From Phycisphaera mikurensis NBRC 102666 (GTDB lineage Bacteria; Planctomycetota; Phycisphaerae; Phycisphaerales; Phycisphaeraceae): a stretch of 32,000 nucleotides of DNA. Under the pieces are notes generated by a model that had not been told where the DNA came from, did no database searches, and saw nothing but the letters and a program-made list of their open reading frames with translations. Of the stretch, positions 17,719 to 25,957 are shown piece after piece (the first letter of the stretch is position 1; each line of letters starts with the position of its first letter). A program made the translations under genes and the position numbers. The stretch spans positions 2,220,001 through 2,252,000 of the forward strand of contig NC_017080.1 in NCBI RefSeq assembly GCF_000284115.1, written 5' to 3'.

Positions 17719-19590
17719 ATGACCGCCGCCCCCACCTCCACGCTCTCCTCCCGCGGCATCACGCCCACGCGCCACGGGCCCGCCACCGACCGCTACGCCG
17801 GCATGACCGGGGCGCAGGCGTTCACGGCCCTGATGGCCGAGCACGGCGTCGACACGATCTTCGGATACCCAGGCGGCGCGATCCTCCCGGTCTTCGACGC
17901 GATCCACGAGAGCAAGAACTTCCAGTTCGTGCTCGCCCGCCACGAGCAGGGCGCCGGCCACATGGCCGAGGGCTACGCCCGCGTCACCGGCCGGCCGGGC
18001 ATCGTGCTGGTGACCAGCGGGCCGGGCGCCACCAACACGGTGACGCCCCTGCAGGACGCGCTGATGGACGGCACGCCGATCATCGTGTTCGCCGGCCAGG
18101 TGGCCACCGGCGCCATCGGCAGCGACGCCTTCCAGGAGGCGGACATGACCGGCATCACCCGGCCCTGCACCAAGTGGAACACGCTGGTGAAGGACGTGGA
18201 CGACCTGCCCCGCGCCGTCAACACCGCCTTCCACGTGGCCACCACCGGCCGCCCCGGCCCGGTGTTCGTCGACCTGCCCAAGGACGTCACCGCGGCGCTG
18301 ATCGGCGGGAGCGTGCACGACCAGGTGCACCTGCCCGGCTACGCCATGCGCGAGGCCGGGACGTCCTCGCAGATCCGGGAGGCGGCCGAGCTGATCAACC
18401 GGGCGGAGAAGCCGCTGCTCTACGTCGGCCAAGGCGCGATCCTCTCCGGCGCCGAGGGGATCCTCGCGCAGTGCGCCCGCGACGCCGGCATCCCCGTGAC
18501 GACGACGCTGCAAGGCCTCGGCGCCTTCCCCGAGACCGACGAGCTCTCGGTGCACATGCTCGGCATGCACGGCTCGGCCTACGCCAACTGGGCGATGCGG
18601 GACGCCGACGTGGTGATCTCGGTGGGCGCCCGCTTCGACGACCGCGTCACCGGCAACGTCGCCACCTTCGCCCCCGGCGCCCGTGCGGCGGAGGCCGCCG
18701 GCCGCGGCGGCATCATCCACTTCGACATCGCCCCCGAGAACATCAACAAGGCGGTGCCGGTGGCGATCGGGGTCGAGGGCGACGCGAAGAAGAACCTCGA
18801 GCTGCTCCACCCGCTGCTCACCCGCCACGACGCCGCCGGGGCGACCGACCGCAGCGCCTGGCTCAAGCAGATCGCCAACTGGAAGGCGGAGGCGCCGTTC
18901 GCGTTCGACCACGACGAACGCGAGTTCCACCTCAAGCCCCAGGCGGTCATCCAGGAGCTCTACGAGCAGCTCGGCGAGAACGGCATCATCACCACCGGCG
19001 TGGGCCAGCACCAGATGTGGGCGGCCCACTTCTACCAGTACACCTTCCCCAAGCAGTGGATGACCAGCGGCGGGCTGGGCACGATGGGCTTCGGCGTGCC
19101 CTCGAGCGTGGGCGCGCAGGCCGGCGAGATGATCGAGGCCAAGAAGCAGGGGCGTCCGCACCGGCAGGTCGTCAACATCGACGGCGACGGCAGCTTCTCG
19201 ATGACCTGCATGGAGATGACCACCGCCGCGCAGTACGGAATCCCCGCGAAGTCGATCATCCTCAACAACGACTTCCAGGGCATGGTCAAGCAGTGGCAGG
19301 ACCTCTTCTACGAGGAGCGGTACTCGCACACCGAGATGCACAACCCCGACTTCGTGAAGCTCGTCGAGGCGATGCACTGCGGGGCCTTCCGCGTGACGAA
19401 GCTCGAGGACCTGCCACGCGTGATGAAGGCGTTCCTCGCGTACGACGGCCCCGCCGTGCTCGAAGCGCTCGTGGAGAAGCACGAGCACGTGTACCCGATG
19501 GTGCCCGCCGGCAAGAGCGTCGACGAGATGGTCCTCGGCAAGCCGCCGGTGCCCGCCGATGCGCCCGAGGCCGTCAAGGCCGAGGGCTGA
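17719..19590 (+). CDS. ilvB: Acetolactate synthase (acetohydroxyacid synthase) large subunit
   Basis: It carries 'GVDTIFGYPGGAILPVFDA', 'RHEQGAGHMAEGYARVTGRPGIVLVTSGPGATN', 'QEADMTGITRPCTKW' and 'GLGTMGFGVPSSVGAQ...IDGDGSF'. ATG 17719 is chosen; GTG 17701 is the alternative. No ilvN or ilvC follows it in this window. Confidence 0.9.
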   Translation: MTAAPTSTLSSRGITPTRHGPATDRYAGMTGAQAFTALMAEHGVDTIFGYPGGAILPVFDAIHESKNFQFVLARHEQGAGHMAEGYARVTGRPGIVLVTSGPGATNTVTPLQDALMDGTPIIVFAGQVATGAIGSDAFQEADMTGITRPCTKWNTLVKDVDDLPRAVNTAFHVATTGRPGPVFVDLPKDVTAALIGGSVHDQVHLPGYAMREAGTSSQIREAAELINRAEKPLLYVGQGAILSGAEGILAQCARDAGIPVTTTLQGLGAFPETDELSVHMLGMHGSAYANWAMRDADVVISVGARFDDRVTGNVATFAPGARAAEAAGRGGIIHFDIAPENINKAVPVAIGVEGDAKKNLELLHPLLTRHDAAGATDRSAWLKQIANWKAEAPFAFDHDEREFHLKPQAVIQELYEQLGENGIITTGVGQHQMWAAHFYQYTFPKQWMTSGGLGTMGFGVPSSVGAQAGEMIEAKKQGRPHRQVVNIDGDGSFSMTCMEMTTAAQYGIPAKSIILNNDFQGMVKQWQDLFYEERYSHTEMHNPDFVKLVEAMHCGAFRVTKLEDLPRVMKAFLAYDGPAVLEALVEKHEHVYPMVPAGKSVDEMVLGKPPVPADAPEAVKAEG

Positions 19591-19645
19591 AAGACCGAGG
19601 GCTGAAAGGCCAGGATGCCGCGCCCCCGCGGCCGAGCCTCGTGAA

Positions 19646-20503
19646 TCAGTCGTAGGCGATGCCGCCGAGGCGGCGGTGGAGCGCCTCGTGCGCGGCGACG
19701 TCGGCCCGCCAGGCGGCCTCCGTCGCGGGACCGCCGCCGGGCTCGCCCCGCAGCACCACGCCGACGCCGGCGGCGGTCGCGCCTCCGAAGGCCGCACGCC
19801 AGGCGCCCAGCCCGGCGGGCGTCCGCGGGACCTCCACGAGCGCGAGCACCCGGCGGCCGCGGCGGCCGGCCTCGTCGAAGAAGCGCTCGACCGCTCCGGC
19901 GGAGCGGCCTTCCGGCGGAGCAACCGCGAGCAGGTCGACCGAAGCCAGCACCGCCGCGTCCCGGTCCGACGCGGCGGGATCGGCGTCCCGGCCCGGCAGG
20001 AAGCCGACGCGGGCCACCCGCTGCCCGGGCGCTCGGTCCCGGACCGCGGCGACGAACGCCGCGACGGCGTCCGGTTCGGCGTCGCCTGCCTCGATGAGCA
20101 CGACGCCGCTGGAGGGCAGCGTCGGGAGCCCGGCGGCGGGCGTTCCCACCGCCAGCACGACGACCCGCTCGCCCGGCGTCGACGCCTCCGGGCCGCTGAG
20201 CGCGTTGTAGATCCGGCTCCGGCGGGCGGGGTCGGGCGCCGTCGGCGTCGGCTCCACACCGGGGGGAGCGGCGACCGGCGCCGCAGCGGGCTGGGCCTCG
20301 CCCGGATCCGCGGACCGCGGCGCCTGCGGCCCTCCGACGGCCGCGGTCCGCGGGAGCGTGCCCGCGGGCGGCCCGGCGGGCCCGGTGGCGTCGGCAGGCG
20401 TGGGCGCCGCCGTCAGCCGCCCCGACCCGCCCGCCGCCCCGTAGAAGACCGCCACCCCGAGGCAGACCCCGGCGGCGCAGGCGATCGAGGAGCGGAGGTC
20501 CAT
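19646..20503 (-). CDS. Hypothetical protein with an N-terminal hydrophobic anchor and a Pro/Ala-rich linker
   Basis: GC3 is high in this frame. 'MDLRSSIACAAGVCLGVAVFYGAAGG' looks like a signal or anchor sequence. A low-complexity P/A/G linker and a ~200-aa unrecognised domain follow. ATG at 20503; the upstream ATG at 20548 is the alternative. Confidence 0.6.
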   Translation of the reverse strand: MDLRSSIACAAGVCLGVAVFYGAAGGSGRLTAAPTPADATGPAGPPAGTLPRTAAVGGPQAPRSADPGEAQPAAAPVAAPPGVEPTPTAPDPARRSRIYNALSGPEASTPGERVVVLAVGTPAAGLPTLPSSGVVLIEAGDAEPDAVAAFVAAVRDRAPGQRVARVGFLPGRDADPAASDRDAAVLASVDLLAVAPPEGRSAGAVERFFDEAGRRGRRVLALVEVPRTPAGLGAWRAAFGGATAAGVGVVLRGEPGGGPATEAAWRADVAAHEALHRRLGGIAYD

Positions 20504-20572
20504 GGAGCTTCTTTCGGCTGCCGGCGGGATGGGCGTGAGAAGCGTCATCGAGGTCCCCCGGGGTTCAGATCC

Positions 20573-21325
20573 GCCCGGCCGCGGTCGCTGCGTGGCGACG
20601 CCACGCTGTCCGGGTCGCCATCCAGCTCCTTGGCGCACAAGCCAGACAGAGCGGCGTCGCCGCTCAGCTCTCGGAGCCAGCCTGGCCGCGGTAGCTGCGT
20701 GGCGACGCCACGCTGTCCGGGCCGCCGATCCAGCTCCCTCGCGCACAAGGCAGACAGAGCGGCGTCGCCGCTCAGCTCTCGGAGCCAGCCTGGCCGCGAT
20801 AGCTGCGTGGCGACGCCACGCTGTCCGACTCCCGATCCAGCTCCCTCGCGCACAAGGCAGACAGAGCGGCGTCGCCGCTCAGCTCTCGGAGCCAGCTTGG
20901 CCGCGCTAGCTGCGTGGCGACGCCACGCTGTCCGACTCCCGATCCAGCTCCCTCGCGCACAAGCCAGACAGAGCGGCATCGCCGCTCAGCTCTCGCCGCC
21001 AGCTTGGCCGCGGTCGCTGCGTGGCGACGCCACGCTGTCCGAGCCGCCGATCCAGCTCCCTCGCGCACAAGGCAGACAGAGCGGCGTCGCCGCTCAGCTC
21101 TCGGAGCCAGCCTGGCCGCGCTAGCTGCGTGGCGACGCCACGCTGTCCGAGCCCCGATCCAGCTTCCTCACGCACAAGCAGACAGAGCGGCGTCGCCGCT
21201 CAGCTCTCGGAGCCAGCCTGGCCGCGGTAGCTGCGTGGCGACGCCACGCTGCCCGAGCCGCGATCCAGCTCCTTCGCGCACAAGCAGACAGAGCGGCATC
21301 GCCGCTCAGCTCTCGCCGCCAGCCT
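20573..21325. repeat. Tandem array of 7 copies (plus a partial leading copy) of a ~107-bp unit with two 17-bp palindromes per unit
   Basis: Units start at 20587, 20694, 20802, 20909, 21016, 21124 and 21230, giving periods of 107, 108, 107, 107, 108 and 106 bp. Consensus unit: GCTGCGTGGCGACGCCACGCTGTCCG-[~8 nt variable]-GATCCAGCTCCCTCGCGCACAAGGCAGACAGAGCGGCGTCGCCGCTCAGCTCTCGGAGCCAGCCTGGCCGCGnTA. It contains the perfect palindromes GCGTGGCG-A-CGCCACGC and GAGCGGCG-T-CGCCGCTC. Confidence 0.9.
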
Positions 21326-21492
21326 CCGCCGGCATCGCCTCCGGCGACCACCACCCCGCAACCGCTGTTCCACCGACCGGTCCATGCATTGGGGCTCCGC
21401 CAGGGGCTCCATCGGAGGCGCGACCGCGAGGGCGGGGCACCCGGAGGCGGTGCGTCCGCGCCGCGGCGGAGGCGTCCCAGCCATTCGAGGCC

Positions 21493-24400
21493 TCAGCGGC
21501 GGCGGCGGCGCGTGAGCAGGCTCAGGCCGACCCCCAGCGCGGCGGCGGTGCCGGGCTCGGGAACCAGGAGGCCCGCATCCACGAAGCGCTGGCGGGCGAG
21601 CGCACCGTCGGCGAAGAGGTCCAGGAACGGGTCGATGTCGCCGCGGTCGAAAACGAAGTCGCGGTTGACGTCGCCGGTAACCAGCGCGTCGATCGAGAAG
21701 GCCCGCTGGTACGCGTCCACGTCGGTGAGCGCCAGCACGGCGGCGTCGGCGTCGTCGAGGTCGATCACGCCGTCGCGGGTGAAGTCGCCGCTGATCTCCC
21801 CGAGGAAGGCGGTGACGAACAGCTCGGCGTCGACGCCGTCGAGCGTGCCGTCGGGGTTCAAGTCCAGCGTCCAGAGGAGGTCGGCGTCGGTGGTGAAGCG
21901 GTTGTCGCGGAGGAACAGCAGGTCGAAGCTGTCGGTGTCGCCGTTGCCGTTGAGGTTCCCGCGGCGGTCGAGCACCTCGTCGTAGGCGGCGGCCGCGTCG
22001 GCGGTGACGGCGGCGGCGTCGAAGAGCGGGCGGATGGCGAGCAAGTCCAGCGTGTCGACGTTCCCGTCGCCGTTGGCGTCGGCGGCGGGGCTGAACAGCC
22101 GATTGCGGCTGTAGAGGAAGGTCTCGAAGTTCGTCGCCGAAGCGGTCAGATCGGCGCGGGTGAGCGAGCCGTCGCCGTCGACGTCGCCGATGCCGGCGCC
22201 GTTCCCGTTGTCGATGCCGATCCCGCTGTAGCGGCGGACGCTGCGGTTGCCGGTGACTTCGAAGGTGACCAGCGTGACCGCGTTGTTGCCGGCGGCCACG
22301 CCGGTAAAGCCGCGGCGGAACAGGTCGCGGTCGATGCGGTTGCCGGCGTTGCCGCCGTCGACCTGCGCCAGCACCTCGGCATCGGTGAGGCCGCTGCCCA
22401 GATTCAGGAAGAAGTGCATCGCGTCGGCGGTGCCATCGGTGCTGCGTCCGTCGAAGTCGATGTCGTGGCCGTCGGCGCTGAAGGGCGTCAGGCCGGCGAG
22501 GGCGGACTCGGGAGCGAGGCGGTCGACGTAGAGGACTTCCTTGAAGTCTTCGAAGACCGCCGGTCCGCCGTCGCCGCCGGTGGCCACGTCGCGGTGGCGG
22601 AAGGCGCGGACGGTGAGGTAGTGCTCGCCCTCGGCCAGGCCGGTGGTGTCGATCGTCTGGGCGAAGCGGCCGCGGCCGTCCGCGTTGAAGAAGCCCGGGT
22701 CGTTCACGTCGGTGAAGTTCTCGAAGCCGTAGGCGGTGCTGCCGGGCGTTGTGAAGTCGACCGCCCCGCTGCCGTTCAGGTCCAGGCCGCCGTCGAGGCG
22801 GAAGGCGGCGAAGTCGCCGTCGGCGTCGCGGTCGCGGACCGCGATCTGCTCGATTTGCTGCGTCAGCGGGTTCAGCCAGCCGCCGGTGTGCGTGACGGCG
22901 TCGGTCTCCAGCGAGATGCCCAGCGTGTCGCCGGTCACCACGCGGAGCGGGGCGAGCCGAGCGCGGGAGCGGTCGCGGTTGCTGCCGGCGTCGGGCACGC
23001 CGTCGCCGTCGGTGTCGACCGTGAGCGGAACGGCATCGGGGCCGATCGTGCGGGTGGAGCCGGCGAGCTGGATGCCGGCGGAGGACTCGGGCTTCGCCAA
23101 GCCGTAGACGAGGTAGCCCTTGTCCTGCCCGTCGTTGCGGAGCGCGCGGACGGTGACCTTCGACGGCCCCGCGAAGAAGTCGTTGTCGACGACGAGCAGC
23201 TCGGCGATGTCCGCCTCGGCCGCCGCGTTGCCGGTGAGCTCGACCAGCGGCGTGCCGAAGGGCAGGTCGACCTCGACGCGGCGCGTGTCGAAGCCGGCAT
23301 CGTTGCGGTTGGACAGCACGACCAGCGCGCTGCCGGCCCGCTCGTAGACGAGCGTCTCCTTCTCCAGGAAGCGCTCGCGGTAGTCGCCGCGGCCATGCGT
23401 TTCGCGGAGCTTCGTGAGCGTGGTGATCCGGTCGCTGCCGGTGCCCAGCGCGTCGCGGCGGCCGTCCTTGGGGAAGTCGCGGCCGTCGCCGTGCTCCTCG
23501 GCGTTGTGGTAGACGACCGCGTTGCCCGGCCGCATCAGCATGTGCGCGTGGGCGACGTTGTTCATCGCCAGGCCGTTCTGCGCGGGCCCGTCATCGTGGC
23601 TCTGCACGAAGAGCAGGCCGTTGCTGCCGTTGATCAGCCCGTCGTCGGCGACGTCCATGCCCGACGCCTGCACGGCGCGCCAGTCGTTGCCGATCGCGTT
23701 GCCCTGCAGGTTGCGGGCCAGGGCGGCCTGGTAGTTGAAGTCCAGCGTGTCGCGGTTCCCGCCGACGCGGCCGGGATCGTTGGGATCGATGTCCTTGCGG
23801 ACGTGGACGCCCAGCAGCGTGCCCGTGTCGGTGAGGAAGGCTTCGCCGAAGCTGAACACGTCGCGGCGGCTGCCGTCCAGGTTCGTCCGCGTGCTCGCCC
23901 GGTACACGGCCTGGTCGAAGTAGTCGAAGACGAAGGGCTCGAAGTGCTTGGTGGCGTCGAGGCGGAAGCCGTCGACGCCGACGTCGGCGACCATCCAGCG
24001 GCTGTTCCGCATGAGCAGGCCCATCGCGTTCTCGGGCACGGCGTCGCCGGCGAGCGGATCGGACGTGTTGAAGGGGTGGATCGCGATGTCCTGCTCACCG
24101 GTGTACGGGTTGAACACGCGGATCGGATCCAGGTCGCGGTCGGCGTAGAAGCGGGCGTTGGCCGGGTCGGGCCGATTCGCGGAGGTACCTGCAGGGATGT
24201 TGCGGGGGTCGTTCGCGTTCACCGGCGTGCGGATGAACCGGAAGTTGGTCGCGTGGTTGATGTCGATCAGGCCCGCGAGGCGGCCGCGGAGGTCGCCGCC
24301 CTCGAAGGCGGAGTGGAAGTCGCCGTCGGTGCCGGGCACGCCGAAGGGGTCGCTGCCGCCATCCGGATCCTGGAGGAAGAAGCCCGGGTACCCGCCGCCG

Positions 24401-24810
24401 GCGATGAAGCCCGGCCGGCTGGCGTCGGAGAAGCCGTTGTGGTTAAGCACCTGGTCGACGTAGATGCTGCCGCCGACGCGGTGGATGCGGTCGGTCAGCG
24501 TGCGGAGGCCGGTCTCCGTGCCGTACAGCGTCGGGGCGTTGGCGCGGCCGAGGTCGAAACGGTCGTACACGTCGTAGCCGACGCTCTGGTTGCCCGAGTC
24601 GGCGCGGCCCACCGGCGGCACCCACGTGCCGCCGTAGCCGGCCAGGAAGAAGTCGCCGAGGCGGTTCTCCTGGTTCTCGTACGTGCTGTCGAACCACTGG
24701 AGGATCGCGGGGGCGGACACGTCCTGCGCGAAGGCGGAGCCGGGGGCCAGCGGGGCCGCGAGGGCGGCGGCGAGGAGGCAGCGGGAGCGGGAGAGGGAGA
24801 GGATGGCCAT
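21493..24810 (-). CDS. Secreted GH13 alpha-amylase with C-terminal dockerin-like Ca-binding repeats and a PEP-CTERM anchor
   Basis: ATG at 24810 gives the signal peptide 'MAILSLSRSRCLLAAALAAPLAPGSAFAQ'. GH13 conserved regions are 'YVDQVLNHNG', 'GFRLDATKHF', 'FSFGEAF' and 'FVQSHD'. The C-terminal third carries repeated 'D.NGDG..D..D' and 'GDVDGDGSLTRADL' dockerin/EF-hand-like motifs. The terminus 'VPEPGTAAALGVGLSLLTRRRRR' is a PEP-CTERM motif. Confidence 0.85.
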   Translation of the reverse strand: MAILSLSRSRCLLAAALAAPLAPGSAFAQDVSAPAILQWFDSTYENQENRLGDFFLAGYGGTWVPPVGRADSGNQSVGYDVYDRFDLGRANAPTLYGTETGLRTLTDRIHRVGGSIYVDQVLNHNGFSDASRPGFIAGGGYPGFFLQDPDGGSDPFGVPGTDGDFHSAFEGGDLRGRLAGLIDINHATNFRFIRTPVNANDPRNIPAGTSANRPDPANARFYADRDLDPIRVFNPYTGEQDIAIHPFNTSDPLAGDAVPENAMGLLMRNSRWMVADVGVDGFRLDATKHFEPFVFDYFDQAVYRASTRTNLDGSRRDVFSFGEAFLTDTGTLLGVHVRKDIDPNDPGRVGGNRDTLDFNYQAALARNLQGNAIGNDWRAVQASGMDVADDGLINGSNGLLFVQSHDDGPAQNGLAMNNVAHAHMLMRPGNAVVYHNAEEHGDGRDFPKDGRRDALGTGSDRITTLTKLRETHGRGDYRERFLEKETLVYERAGSALVVLSNRNDAGFDTRRVEVDLPFGTPLVELTGNAAAEADIAELLVVDNDFFAGPSKVTVRALRNDGQDKGYLVYGLAKPESSAGIQLAGSTRTIGPDAVPLTVDTDGDGVPDAGSNRDRSRARLAPLRVVTGDTLGISLETDAVTHTGGWLNPLTQQIEQIAVRDRDADGDFAAFRLDGGLDLNGSGAVDFTTPGSTAYGFENFTDVNDPGFFNADGRGRFAQTIDTTGLAEGEHYLTVRAFRHRDVATGGDGGPAVFEDFKEVLYVDRLAPESALAGLTPFSADGHDIDFDGRSTDGTADAMHFFLNLGSGLTDAEVLAQVDGGNAGNRIDRDLFRRGFTGVAAGNNAVTLVTFEVTGNRSVRRYSGIGIDNGNGAGIGDVDGDGSLTRADLTASATNFETFLYSRNRLFSPAADANGDGNVDTLDLLAIRPLFDAAAVTADAAAAYDEVLDRRGNLNGNGDTDSFDLLFLRDNRFTTDADLLWTLDLNPDGTLDGVDAELFVTAFLGEISGDFTRDGVIDLDDADAAVLALTDVDAYQRAFSIDALVTGDVNRDFVFDRGDIDPFLDLFADGALARQRFVDAGLLVPEPGTAAALGVGLSLLTRRRRR

Positions 24811-24869
24811 GGCGTGGACGCCGGTTTGGTGCAGGGGAGGCGCAGCGGGAGCCCGCTGCCGCCGAAACA

Positions 24870-24899
24870 GACGGCCCCGGCGTTCCCGCCGGGGCCGTC
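24870..24899 (-). terminator. Intrinsic-terminator-like hairpin after the 297-aa PEP-CTERM gene
   Basis: 13-bp perfect stem: gacggccccggcg / cgccggggccgtc. The loop is ttcc, which reads GGAA on the minus strand and is GNRA-type. On the transcribed minus strand it is followed by TGTTTCGG. It lies 60 nt downstream of the stop at 24960. Confidence 0.55.
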
Positions 24900-24959
24900 G
24901 CTTGTCGCCCTCCTCCACCGTGGGCCGGAGAGCCTTTTGCCAAGCGAGACGCAGGAGGG

Positions 24960-25853
24960 TCAGCCGCGGCGACGACCGGCGATCAGCAGGCCGCCGAGGC
25001 CGAGCAGCGCGAGGCTGGCGGGCTCGGGGACGACCGGAGCCGAAATGGTCACGAACTGTTCACCGGCGAGCGTGTTGAGGTCCACGACCGTCGGATCCCC
25101 GAGGTTGCCCGTGCCCGCAGGCAGCGAGCCGAGGAGCTGATTGGAGGCGAAGGTGCCGTCGGCGCTGGTGTAGATCGCCGCGACCTTGATGTCGCCCTCG
25201 GTGGTGCCAAAGAACGCGGCGAGATCGATCTCCAGCTCGATGCCGGTCGTCGCCGAAGCGGCGAGTGAAGCATCGGCATCGGTGACGCCGAGCACGTTGC
25301 TGTTGTCCCAGCCAACCTGCACGCCGTTCGAGCCGACGTTGCTCAGCGGCAGGTCGCCAGGGCCGCCGCCCGAGACCACGCTGACGGCGGTGTTGTCGAT
25401 CAGGTCGAAGGCATTCACGCCGTAGAAGCCGCTGCCGATCTCGAAGCGGAGGCCGTGATCTGCGGTGAAGCCGCTGTCGAACGTCAGGCCCGCGAGCGCG
25501 TTGACCTCGCCGAAGCCGCCGTCGGCGTTGTCGTTCGCGAGGACGTTCTCGCCGCCCGCGACACCATCGAAGAACAGGAACAGCTTGTTGAAGTTGCCCT
25601 CGACGTTGCCGGTGATGCCCAGCTCAAGATTTCCGGTCGCGGCGTTGTAGTCGCCGAAGATCTGGTTCAGCTCGCCGCCGCCCGCAGAGTCTTGGCCGCC
25701 GCCGGTGGCGTTTCCGAAGCCGGTCGCGTTCTGCTGCGTGGCGAGCAGCGTGAGACCCTCGGACGGGATGTTCTGCCCATCGAGCGTGATGGCCGAGGCG
25801 GAGCCCGCGGCGGCGAGGGAAGCGGCGGCGGAGAGAAGAGTCAGGGTTTTCAT
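24960..25853 (-). CDS. PEP-CTERM sorting-domain protein of unknown function (297 aa)
   Basis: ATG at 25853 is preceded on the minus strand by GGAGG. The signal peptide is 'MKTLTLLSAAASLAAAGSASA'. The body is Gly/Asn/Asp/Thr-rich ('ITLDGQNIPSEG...GNVEGNFNKLFLFFDG'). The C-terminus 'VVPEPASLALLGLGGLLIAGRRRG' is a PEP-CTERM motif. Confidence 0.8.
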   Translation of the reverse strand: MKTLTLLSAAASLAAAGSASAITLDGQNIPSEGLTLLATQQNATGFGNATGGGQDSAGGGELNQIFGDYNAATGNLELGITGNVEGNFNKLFLFFDGVAGGENVLANDNADGGFGEVNALAGLTFDSGFTADHGLRFEIGSGFYGVNAFDLIDNTAVSVVSGGGPGDLPLSNVGSNGVQVGWDNSNVLGVTDADASLAASATTGIELEIDLAAFFGTTEGDIKVAAIYTSADGTFASNQLLGSLPAGTGNLGDPTVVDLNTLAGEQFVTISAPVVPEPASLALLGLGGLLIAGRRRG

Positions 25854-25883
25854 CGGAACCTCCAGGGGAGTGACGTGGCCGGT

Positions 25884-25907
25884 GGGCGGCTTCCACGAAG
25901 CCGCATC
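25884..25907 (-). promoter_or_regulatory. Conserved 24-nt leader hairpin motif, copy 1
   Basis: gggcggcttccacgaagccgcatc (8-bp stem gcggcttc/gaagccgc) lies 31 nt upstream of the ATG at 25853. It is identical to 26623-26646. The homology continues to the upstream stop codon. Confidence 0.5.
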
Positions 25908-25957
25908 ACCACCGGGAAGGCCGCGATCGCCGTCTCCGGCGGCCGCGGGGAGAGGGA

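Noticed and set aside
16108-20259. 1383-aa ORF on the minus strand
   Set aside because: It is antisense to the secreted hypothetical gene and to ilvB. Its translation is the low-complexity H/R/G/D/V-rich pattern typical of the complement of high-GC3 genes.
20573-21325. CRISPR array
   Set aside because: The whole ~107-bp period is conserved and only about 8 nt differ between units. There are therefore no unique spacers of CRISPR size, and no cas genes are nearby.
20502-21354. Repeat-containing small ORFs on both strands (e.g. 20502..20909, 20545..20979, 20772..21068, 21021..21230) as a repetitive protein
   Set aside because: Unit lengths of 106, 107 and 108 bp shift the reading frame from copy to copy. 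The ORFs are Arg/Ala/Ser-rich in all frames and are interrupted by TAG in the GCGnTAGCTG junctions, so this is non-coding repeat DNA.
20914-25140. 1408-aa ORF on the plus strand, and the analogous ORFs 11960..15328(+), 27762..29783(-) and 29796..31961(-)
   Set aside because: These are antisense to the amylase, AKR/tkt, lacI and GH13 genes respectively. The mirror-frame ORFs stay open because the codons are GC3-rich.
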